From an uncultured Gemmatimonadaceae bacterium (GTDB taxonomy: Bacteria > Gemmatimonadota > Gemmatimonadetes > Gemmatimonadales > Gemmatimonadaceae), in contig CAWAGQ010000006.1 in the NCBI GenBank assembly GCA_963781585.1, forward strand, positions 256,001 through 320,000: 64,000 bases of DNA, read 5' to 3'. The first letter of the stretch is position 1; every line of letters starts with the position of its first letter. Position numbers and translations under genes: made by a program. Positions 56,379-64,000 of the stretch are shown one piece after another. The notes under the pieces were generated by a model. That model did no database searches, was not told the origin of the DNA, and saw nothing but the letters and a program-made list of their open reading frames with translations.

Positions 56379-59057
56379 TCAGTAACCGTGTCGGGTGTCG
56401 AAGTTCTTGACCATCCACACGTCCGTCTGCCGGCTGTCGACGATGCCAACCGCGCGGCGGCCATCGTGTGTGATGTTGAAGTCGCTGAACGACAGCGGAA
56501 GTTCCTCGAACTCCGTCTTGCCGGTGGCCGGATCCACGTAGCCCAGGCGCATCCTGGTCCCGGCCACGAAACCCGGCTGGTCGCTGTACACCAGGCGCCC
56601 GTCGGTCTGCGCCTGCAGCAGACCGGACCAGGTGGTGGGCAGTTTCAAGTCGCCCAGCGGCACGATGCCGCCCCCGATCGGATCGAACCGGAGCAGCCGC
56701 TCGGTCAGGGAGCCGGCGCGCAGGGCCCGGGCCAGCACGAAGACGTCGTCGTTGACGGGCGACGCCACCTCGACGTCGGGGAAGCCTAACGAGTCCGGCC
56801 AGGGGTGGGAGGCAATGAGGGCGCCATCCCTGCCGTATCGGTTGAAGACCGAAGCGACCGGATTGGAGGGCGCCGGAAGTTCGATCAGTCGCCCGCCATC
56901 CCGGAGCCCTGCGAGGTAGCCGAGCCTGGCCGGAAGGGGCTGCGGAGTGCCGCCGGCCGAGGGGAGGAGGGCGTTGTGCACCGAGTCGTGCTCGTCCTTG
57001 AATGAGACCTTCAGCACGCCGTCGATGTAGCGCGGATAGGTGGGGCCGGTGAGGCTCGTCAGCGGCGGTCCCACGGAGTGGGGATCACCTCCCTCGAACG
57101 GCGCCACCCACACCCGGGCACTCGCGCCGGACGGCTCGAACACCCCGTAGGCGATCTCCTTGCCGTCATCGGAGACGTCCGCTCCCGTCAGCCCCGCGGT
57201 CGAGGTGAGAATCTGTCTCGTCTTCCAGGGGCCGCGCGGTCCGGCGCGCTCCAGCGTCCACAGCTCGCGCGTGACCGGGCCGCCCGAATAGACGACGGTC
57301 TTCCCGTCGGCGGAGACGTCGAACCCCGCGCCCGGTGGTGCGCGCAGCGCGGTGAGCACCGTATCCCCTTCGCCGACGAAGCGCCCTTTCGACGGGTCCA
57401 CGTCGCGACGCACGAGGAACGCGCGGATCCCGGGTCCCTCGGCCAGGAAATACAGCCCGTCCGACTTCGGCGTCCACCGTACCTGGCCTGTATATCGGAA
57501 GGTCGCGATGCGCGGTTCGCTCAGATGGTCCACGACTTTCAGGTCGCGCGAGAGAAGTGCGATCCGGGCACCGGCTGGTGCTACCTCGGTCACCACCGCG
57601 AGCCATCGTCCGTCAGGCGACCAGCGCGCGTCCACCGCCATCATGCCCGGCAGCTTGAGGCTGTCCACGACCTCGCCGGTAGACCGCTTGAGCACCGAGA
57701 CGCGCGCGAACGAATCACTCGAGATGGCGATATCGGGCGCGATGACGCGCGCGCTGTCGGCCGTGACCGCGTAGGTCCAGAAGCCACCGATCCGTTCGAC
57801 CGCGCCCCCGAGTCGCGGCACCGAGAACAGCGAGGTGACGGAGCCCTGACCGGCCGTGTAGTAGATGCGGGTGCCGTCGGTGCTCCACCGCGACTGAATC
57901 ACCGCATCGAGGTTCGACGCCACGGTGGTGGGCCGGCTGCCGCTGGCGAGATCCTGCACGATCAGGCTCTGGGTGCACTTCTTCGGCTCGCCCGCGCACT
58001 GCTCGGTGACGTAGGCCAGGAAGTTGCCGTCGGGCGAAAGCGATGGCGCCCAGCTTCCGCCGGTCGATGTCAGTTGCGTCGTCTGGGCCGGTGGTGGCGG
58101 TGGCGGCGGCGTGCGCCCTCGCAACAGCAGGAAGAGGACGATCCCAAGGACGACCGCGATGCCACCGCCGACGGCGAGGATGGGGCGTCGATCGCGGCCC
58201 GATGCGCCGGGGGGAGTGGCGGTGAACGCCGCTGTGACCGCCGCGGCGAATTCCGCGGCACTCCCGAACCGGTCGGCCGGAACCTTGGCGAGCGCCTTCG
58301 CCACCGCGGTGTCCACGCCCTCCGGCACGGTGTCGCGCACGGTGCGAACCCGCGTGGGCTTCTCCGTCAGCAGCTTCGCGATCACCGCCTGCGCCGTGGC
58401 GCCGGAATAGGGCGCCTCGCCGGTGAGCATCTCGTAGAGCACCGCCCCCAGGGAGTAGACGTCCGAGCGCGCGTCGGGCTGGCGCTCCCCGGTGGCCTGC
58501 TCGGGGCTCATGTACTGCGGCGTGCCTAACGAGAGTCCCGTTTCGGTGAGCCGGTTGCCGCCCGCTTCCTTCACCGCCAGGGCGATTCCGAAGTCGGCCA
58601 GCATCGCCTCACCCTCGAACAGCAGGATGTTCTCGGGCTTGATGTCGCGATGGATGACGCCCTGACGATGGGCGTACTCCAGCGCGCCCGCGACCTGCTG
58701 GGTGATCCGGAGGGCTTCGTCGAGCCCCAGCTGCTTCTCCCTCTGCAGTCGCACGCGCAGGGATTCGCCGCGGATGTACGGCAGGACATACCACAGCAGC
58801 CCCTCAGTGGAACCGGAGTCGATCAGGGTGAGGATGTGCGGATGGTCCAGCCGCGCCGTGATGCGGATCTCGTTCAGGAATCGCTCACCACCAAGCACCG
58901 CGCTCAGGTCCGGGCGGAGGACCTTGAGCGCCACCTCGCGGTCGTGGCGCACATCGCGCGCGAGATACACGGTCGCCATGCCGCCGGCCCCGAGCTCGCG
59001 CTCGATGCGGTATCGGCCGGCGAGAGCGGCGGTGAGCTGTTCGAGCGAGTTGGACAT
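56379..59057 (-). CDS. Ser/Thr protein kinase with TM segment and PD40/WD40 beta-propeller
   Basis: LGAGGMATVYLA, HRDIKPEN, DFG, GTPQYMSPEQ; TM; LSPDG and WSPDG repeats. Confidence 0.95.
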   Translation of the reverse strand: MSNSLEQLTAALAGRYRIERELGAGGMATVYLARDVRHDREVALKVLRPDLSAVLGGERFLNEIRITARLDHPHILTLIDSGSTEGLLWYVLPYIRGESLRVRLQREKQLGLDEALRITQQVAGALEYAHRQGVIHRDIKPENILLFEGEAMLADFGIALAVKEAGGNRLTETGLSLGTPQYMSPEQATGERQPDARSDVYSLGAVLYEMLTGEAPYSGATAQAVIAKLLTEKPTRVRTVRDTVPEGVDTAVAKALAKVPADRFGSAAEFAAAVTAAFTATPPGASGRDRRPILAVGGGIAVVLGIVLFLLLRGRTPPPPPPPAQTTQLTSTGGSWAPSLSPDGNFLAYVTEQCAGEPKKCTQSLIVQDLASGSRPTTVASNLDAVIQSRWSTDGTRIYYTAGQGSVTSLFSVPRLGGAVERIGGFWTYAVTADSARVIAPDIAISSDSFARVSVLKRSTGEVVDSLKLPGMMAVDARWSPDGRWLAVVTEVAPAGARIALLSRDLKVVDHLSEPRIATFRYTGQVRWTPKSDGLYFLAEGPGIRAFLVRRDVDPSKGRFVGEGDTVLTALRAPPGAGFDVSADGKTVVYSGGPVTRELWTLERAGPRGPWKTRQILTSTAGLTGADVSDDGKEIAYGVFEPSGASARVWVAPFEGGDPHSVGPPLTSLTGPTYPRYIDGVLKVSFKDEHDSVHNALLPSAGGTPQPLPARLGYLAGLRDGGRLIELPAPSNPVASVFNRYGRDGALIASHPWPDSLGFPDVEVASPVNDDVFVLARALRAGSLTERLLRFDPIGGGIVPLGDLKLPTTWSGLLQAQTDGRLVYSDQPGFVAGTRMRLGYVDPATGKTEFEELPLSFSDFNITHDGRRAVGIVDSRQTDVWMVKNFDTRHGY

Positions 59058-59309
59058 TGGCTGGGCGGGCGGTTGCCGGTGGGGTCGCGCGGGCTGCGGA
59101 CCCGTAGACCGGCCCCGTGAATCTACGACGAATCGACGTACCGGGCACGTGCGTGAGGACGCTCTGGGGACCGTGCCCGCAGGCGTGCCGGGACCGGGAT
59201 GCGCCGAGGATTCCCGCGAACCGGGCGGCCGCTCCATTATGGTAGGTGCAGCGCGCCACATTGCATGCAGCGGTCTCAGGCCCGCGAACCTACTCCATCG
59301 CCGACTCTC

Positions 59310-59825
59310 ATGGTTTCACGATTCGATGGTCGCTACGCCAGGGAGTTCCTCGCTGGCTGGGGCGACATGGACTTCAACGGCCATCTGGCGAATACCGCCT
59401 ATCTCAACCTCGCCGCCGACGCGCGCCTGGCGTTCTTCGCTGAACACGGCTTTCCGCCGACCGAGTTCCGCCGGCTCGGACTCGGACCGGTCATTCGCAA
59501 GGAGGAGCTCGAATACTTCCGCGAGATCGGTCTCCACGACGCGGTCACCGTCACGTACGCGGTCCTCGGGATGAGTCCTGACGGCGCGCGATTCGTGGTC
59601 GAGAACGAGATCTGGTCCGCAGCCGGCGAGCGCGCCGCCACGGTGAAGTCGACCGGCGGCTGGCTCGACCTGCGCGCGCGGAAGCTCGTTGCTCCCCCCG
59701 CGGCCTTACTCGCGGCCTTTCAGCTGGTGCCGCGCGCGCCGGGCTTTGTCGAGTTGCCTTCTCGCAACGGTGGCACGGAGTCAGCGCCAGCGGGCCCCGC
59801 GCGGCGCGACGTCGGCCCGGTCTGA
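59310..59825 (+). CDS. Acyl-CoA thioesterase (4HBT hot-dog fold)
   Basis: WGDMDFNGHLANTAYL, GPVIRKEELEYFREI, GGWLDLRARKLVAPP. Confidence 0.92.
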   Translation: MVSRFDGRYAREFLAGWGDMDFNGHLANTAYLNLAADARLAFFAEHGFPPTEFRRLGLGPVIRKEELEYFREIGLHDAVTVTYAVLGMSPDGARFVVENEIWSAAGERAATVKSTGGWLDLRARKLVAPPAALLAAFQLVPRAPGFVELPSRNGGTESAPAGPARRDVGPV

Positions 59826-59849
59826 CGCAAACCCTCTCTGAGCGAGCGA

Positions 59850-62261
59850 ATGGCTGCGCACACTTTCACCCGGGCCCTTCGGATGGCGCGACGGCGCCCC
59901 GTCCTGTCGCTCACCGTCGTCGCCATCATCGCGATCGGCATCGGCTCCACCAGCGCGGTGTTCAGCGTCGTGGACGCGTCGCTGCTGCGCCCGCCTCCCT
60001 ATAGGGACGCCCCGCACCTGGTCGAACTCTGGAATCGCGATGCCGACGGGAGCGCCTGGCCGCGACTCGAGCCCGAGCGCGCGCAGGCGTGGCTGAACAA
60101 GACCGACCTGCTCACACGGGTCGAACGCTACACGGACCGCACGATGCTGCTGGCAGGCGTCGCCGATCCCGAGGACCTCCGCGTGACCACGGTGTCAGCC
60201 GGCCTGTTCGACATGCTCGGCGTGAGCATGACGCGCGGACGCGGCTTTGCGCCTGACGAGTACGCCACCGGGGCGGCACCGGTCGTGGTGGTGAGCGACG
60301 CGTTCTGGAGACGCCATTTCGGTGGGGAGCCGATGGCGAAGGCCGAGACCATTCTGCTCGACGATCAACGATACGACGTGATCGGCGTGACCCCGGCGTG
60401 GTTTCGCTTCCCGCACGGAAACGGGTCGGTGTGGCGGCCGCTGCGCCCGGAGGAATCCGGAGCCGACGCTCCGCTCAATTACGTGGCGCGCCTCGCGGAT
60501 GACGTGACCCGTGCGAACGCGACCGCGCGTTTCGACGTCTATGGAAAGCAGCTCGCGCAGGCGGTCCCCCGGAAGGATGGGTGGCAGGTGTATCCGGCAT
60601 TTCTGATCGAGCCCGATATCAGCCAGGAACTGCGCACCGCCATCTGGGTGCTGCTGGGCGCGGTGGCGTGCGTCATGCTGATGGTGTGCCTCAACGCGAC
60701 GAATCTCCTGCTGGTGCAGGCCACCACGCGCCAGCGCGAGTTCGGCATCCAGCAAGCGCTCGGTGCGACGCCCGGACGGCTCGCGCGACAGGTTTTCGTC
60801 GAGGGCGCACTGTACGCCGGAGTTGCAGCCGTCCTGGGTGTTGCGGTCGCGCGGTGGTCGCTCGAGCTGATGCTCACCCTGGCCCCGCGCGAGCTGGCAC
60901 GATTCGGCAACGGCGCGCCTGCGATCGACGCGCGAGCGCTGGCCTTCGCGGTCGGCCTGGCGTCGATCACGGCGCTGGTCTCGACCATGGGGCCGGCGCT
61001 GCACGCCGCGCGCGCGCGGGGCCACCTGGTGACGGCGGGCGAGGACCGGACGCAGACCGGCGGCCGTCGGCTCCAGCATCTGCGCGCAGGACTCATCGTC
61101 GCGGAGTTGTCGCTGTCGCTCGTCCTCCTTGCCGGGGCTGGACTGTTCATTCAGTCGCTGCGACACCTGCTGCGCGTCGATCCCGGGTTCGACGTCGAGC
61201 ACGTGGTGGCGGCGCAGTTCGGCGTGCCGTCGATTCGCTATGCCACCGCCGACGCCCGCGCGGGCCTGCTCGATCGCCTGGCGGAATCGCTGCGGGGCGT
61301 GCCCGGCGTCGCAGGGGTGTCGTTCTCGAGCGGCCTTCCGCCGAGGGCTGACATCACGTTTGGATCGAGGCTCGAGGCCGAGGGCGCCGTAGCGCCGGCG
61401 CGTACCGGTGACATCGTGCTTCCCTTCGCCGAGGTCGATACGGCCTTCTTCTCGACATTGGGCGTGCGGTTGCTGCGAGGGAGGGGATTCGACGAGGCCG
61501 ATGTGTCGGCAGATGCGTCGCGATCGGTCGTGGTCGGCCGCGCGTTCGCGGACCTGCTGTGGCCTGGAGAGGATCCGATCGGCCGTCGCTATCGCATTTC
61601 GGCCGACGGCGCATGGCGTACGGTGGTCGGCGTCGTGGCGAACGTGAAGCTGATGGGCCCCGATGACCGCAGCTATCCGTACGCGGTGTTCTATCCACGG
61701 CCGCGACTTGGCCGCGCCACCCGCACCGTCGCGCTGGCGGTGCGCACCGCGGGTGACCCGGGCGCGAGCATTTCCGCGATGCGGCGGGCCATTCGCGAGG
61801 TCGACAGCGAGATCCCGATCTCGGAGATGGCTTCGGGCACCGAGCGATTCGCCACGTCGATGGATCGCACGCGATTCGTGCTGACGCTGCTCACGGTGTT
61901 CGCGAGCATCGCGCTCGCGCTCGCGGTGGCCGGCACGTATGGCGTCGTGTCCTATGCCGTTGCCCAGCGCACGCGTGAAATCGGGATCCGGATCGCGCTC
62001 GGCGCGAGCGAGCCGTCGATCCAGCGCGCGGTGCTCGCGCAGGGGTCGGCGCTTGCGCTGACCGGGGTGGCGGCGGGACTGCTTATCTTTGCCGGGGCGA
62101 GTCGGTTCATCGCTCCGCAGCTGTTCGGCATCGCCCCACGGGACCCGGGGGTGCTGTGGGTCGCGTCGCTGTTTGTGATACTCACCACGCTGGCGGGCGT
62201 GTTGGTGCCGGCGCGCCGGGCCAGTCGCGTGAGTCCCGTGATCGCGATGCTGCCGGAGTGA
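59850..62261 (+). CDS. ADOP-type duplicated ABC permease (MacB-PCD/FtsX x2)
   Basis: AIGIGSTSAVFSVVD..LLRPPPY, CLNATNLLL...RQREFGI..ALGA, AQRTREIGIRIALGA, VPARRASRVSP. Confidence 0.93.
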   Translation: MAAHTFTRALRMARRRPVLSLTVVAIIAIGIGSTSAVFSVVDASLLRPPPYRDAPHLVELWNRDADGSAWPRLEPERAQAWLNKTDLLTRVERYTDRTMLLAGVADPEDLRVTTVSAGLFDMLGVSMTRGRGFAPDEYATGAAPVVVVSDAFWRRHFGGEPMAKAETILLDDQRYDVIGVTPAWFRFPHGNGSVWRPLRPEESGADAPLNYVARLADDVTRANATARFDVYGKQLAQAVPRKDGWQVYPAFLIEPDISQELRTAIWVLLGAVACVMLMVCLNATNLLLVQATTRQREFGIQQALGATPGRLARQVFVEGALYAGVAAVLGVAVARWSLELMLTLAPRELARFGNGAPAIDARALAFAVGLASITALVSTMGPALHAARARGHLVTAGEDRTQTGGRRLQHLRAGLIVAELSLSLVLLAGAGLFIQSLRHLLRVDPGFDVEHVVAAQFGVPSIRYATADARAGLLDRLAESLRGVPGVAGVSFSSGLPPRADITFGSRLEAEGAVAPARTGDIVLPFAEVDTAFFSTLGVRLLRGRGFDEADVSADASRSVVVGRAFADLLWPGEDPIGRRYRISADGAWRTVVGVVANVKLMGPDDRSYPYAVFYPRPRLGRATRTVALAVRTAGDPGASISAMRRAIREVDSEIPISEMASGTERFATSMDRTRFVLTLLTVFASIALALAVAGTYGVVSYAVAQRTREIGIRIALGASEPSIQRAVLAQGSALALTGVAAGLLIFAGASRFIAPQLFGIAPRDPGVLWVASLFVILTTLAGVLVPARRASRVSPVIAMLPE

Positions 62262-62781
62262 CGGCAGGCGTTAGGCAGCGGGCACGATTGCGACCACGAT
62301 TCCCAAGCACAGCACCTGCAGCGCGGTTGGTGTGGGCTTCGCTTCGGCGGCCGTGTCGTTGCTTGCGGGATGGAGCATCTACCGCGACGCCGGTAATGCG
62401 TTTCGTCTCTATGCGATTGATCGGCCAGCTGAGTCGGCTACCTGAAGCGGGCCGCAGTCACGGGATCGGATGGATCGCTACACGGTCCATGATTCGGCGG
62501 CAACAAAACGCTCGCGCGGACCGCGGCCCCGGCGCTCAGGGAACCGGTCACAGCCGTGTGAGAGCCGGGCAGAGGACCAGATATCGAGCTCCCATGGACG
62601 GCGGAATCGCGCCCCCGCCGTTTCGCACCTATCATGTTCGTGGCATCTGGCGTCCCGAAGGTGATTCCGGCGCGCGTTCCGCGATCCGACCTGAAGGCGT
62701 TATACGTTAGGCACCCGCGATGCCGCACACCCCAGGCGTACCTGAGGGTTCGGTACCGGGTCCGGCTCCGAGGAGGGTAGC

Positions 62782-63912
62782 ATGCCCAATCCCAATGCGG
62801 TCGTCTCACGCACCATCCGCCTCGACCCGCCACTCGATCGAGCGCCGGCGGAGATGCTGCGCGCCGAGCGCGGCCTCTCCGTGGTACTGGACGGCGGGCG
62901 TCGGGCGCGCCTCGACCCGGGCAATCCTCGCTCGGCCGGCTTGGCGCAGATCCTGGATGGGCTGAGCAAGCAGCGCCTTCCGGTCTATCTGGAAGTCGAC
63001 CCCGCGACCGAGTCGATCACGCGGCTGCTCATCCCGCTGGTCGCGCGGGTAGTCAGCATCAGTTCGACCGGAAACGTGCTCGACGTCGAGTTGGACTCCT
63101 CGCACGCGCGCCACGTGCTGCCGCTCGATGCGCCCGACTCGGCCGATCTGCAGCGTCTGCTCCGCGAAGCGCTGCAAAGCCATCAGGCGATGGTCATCAC
63201 CGAGGATGACGCGCACCGCATCATCGACGTCCGCGTCTTCACCCCGGCCCCCGAGGTGCCGCTCCCCCCTTTTCCGCCGCCTGAACCGAGACTTCCGCCA
63301 CGCTATCCCTGGCCGCTGAACTGGATCCGCTGGATCTGGCGGTGGCTCGGGTGGCTATGGCGCTGGTGGCATTGCCTGTCGGGGACGAGAGCGCAGCAGG
63401 TATTCAACGCGATGGCGGCTACCACCTGTGATCCGCTCACCGTCCCCGTGCCGTGCATTCCGTTTCTCTATCCCGACGACGGCTGCTGGGCACGTGCGCA
63501 CGAGATGTGCCGGCTGATGATCAACATGGGACTCTCGCCGCAGAAAGTATGGATCGACCACAGCTCAGGGCACTTCCTGCACGTGGACACGAGAAACAAT
63601 CCCCAGTGTTTCGTGGAGTGGGGGTGGCATGTCGCGCCCACGCTGTGTGTCCGGGGCCGGTGGCCCTTCTGGACGCGCCGAGTGGTGATCGATCCATCGC
63701 TGTTCACCACGCCGGTGTCGGAGGCCACGTGGAAGGGGGTGCAGGGGGATCCGGGCGCGTCGCTGACTCACACCGGCGCCGACGTGTTCTGGCATGGCGG
63801 TGGCACCGACCCGACGTACTCGCAGTCGAACGCGATCCTGGCGCAGTACCGGCTGGCGCTGCAGAACCGGGCGAACCAGTTTGGACCTCCCCCCTATGCG
63901 AATTGTCCGTGA
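62782..63912 (+). CDS. Protein-glutamine glutaminase (protein glutaminase)-family cysteine hydrolase with pro-region
   Basis: CIPFLYPDDGCWARAHEM (Cys), WGWHVAP (His), VIDPSLF (Asp), matching the Chryseobacterium protein-glutaminase motif order; AGGAGG RBS. Confidence 0.88.
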   Translation: MPNPNAVVSRTIRLDPPLDRAPAEMLRAERGLSVVLDGGRRARLDPGNPRSAGLAQILDGLSKQRLPVYLEVDPATESITRLLIPLVARVVSISSTGNVLDVELDSSHARHVLPLDAPDSADLQRLLREALQSHQAMVITEDDAHRIIDVRVFTPAPEVPLPPFPPPEPRLPPRYPWPLNWIRWIWRWLGWLWRWWHCLSGTRAQQVFNAMAATTCDPLTVPVPCIPFLYPDDGCWARAHEMCRLMINMGLSPQKVWIDHSSGHFLHVDTRNNPQCFVEWGWHVAPTLCVRGRWPFWTRRVVIDPSLFTTPVSEATWKGVQGDPGASLTHTGADVFWHGGGTDPTYSQSNAILAQYRLALQNRANQFGPPPYANCP

Positions 63913-64000
63913 CGCCGGGAGATGGGCGGAGGAGGAATAGAACTCAGGCTGATCGGAGGAGACGGCCTGCACCGCTGGATGTAGCCTGACGCCGGCCCGG

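Noticed and set aside
53992..59057. Tandem Ser/Thr kinases as a novel system
   Set aside because: These architectures are commonly expanded paralogues in this kind of genome; nothing locally unusual.
62262..62781. Short ORFs or structured RNA upstream of the protein-glutaminase
   Set aside because: No motif, no consistent codon bias and no convincing structure.

Overview
High-GC bacterial chromosomal window (about 68-70% GC by eye). The gene repertoire (tandem 'RYxIERELGxGGMATVYLA' Ser/Thr kinases, an ADOP-type duplicated permease, beta-propeller lipoproteins) points to Gemmatimonadota; that assignment is inference. About 45 real genes can be supported, and most long ORFs in the track are antisense shadows. 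Main blocks: (i) 1-13.2 kb: GH3 glycosidase, two c-di-GMP enzymes, a Tat amidase and an M16 peptidase. (ii) 13.4-25.2 kb: a tightly coupled 9-gene minus-strand operon, MoxR-DUF58-BatA-domain-membrane protein-DUF4159-membrane protein-TldD-TldE-thioredoxin-like, whose Tat-signal TldD has lost its metal ligands. (iii) An S9 peptidase and a coiled-coil beta-barrel OMP followed by an L,D-transpeptidase. (iv) 33.3-42.3 kb: a surface-glycan cluster interrupted by a GxxExxY nuclease-family gene embedded in 9-bp repeat arrays. (v) 45.4-52.8 kb: an accessory, partly decayed tract with a type II R-M-like pair, a MutS-domain-V ATPase, a broken flavin amine oxidase and gene remnants. (vi) Two kinases, a thioesterase, the ADOP permease and a protein-glutaminase. 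Non-coding structure: three dispersed repeat families (a 20-bp REP-like palindrome, 7-bp arrays and 9-bp arrays) and a strongly over-represented, strand-skewed heptamer CCTAACG/CGTTAGG that forces rare TTA codons. No rRNA, tRNA, CRISPR array, transposase or integrase was recognised. All family assignments come from motif recognition by eye, not from database searches.
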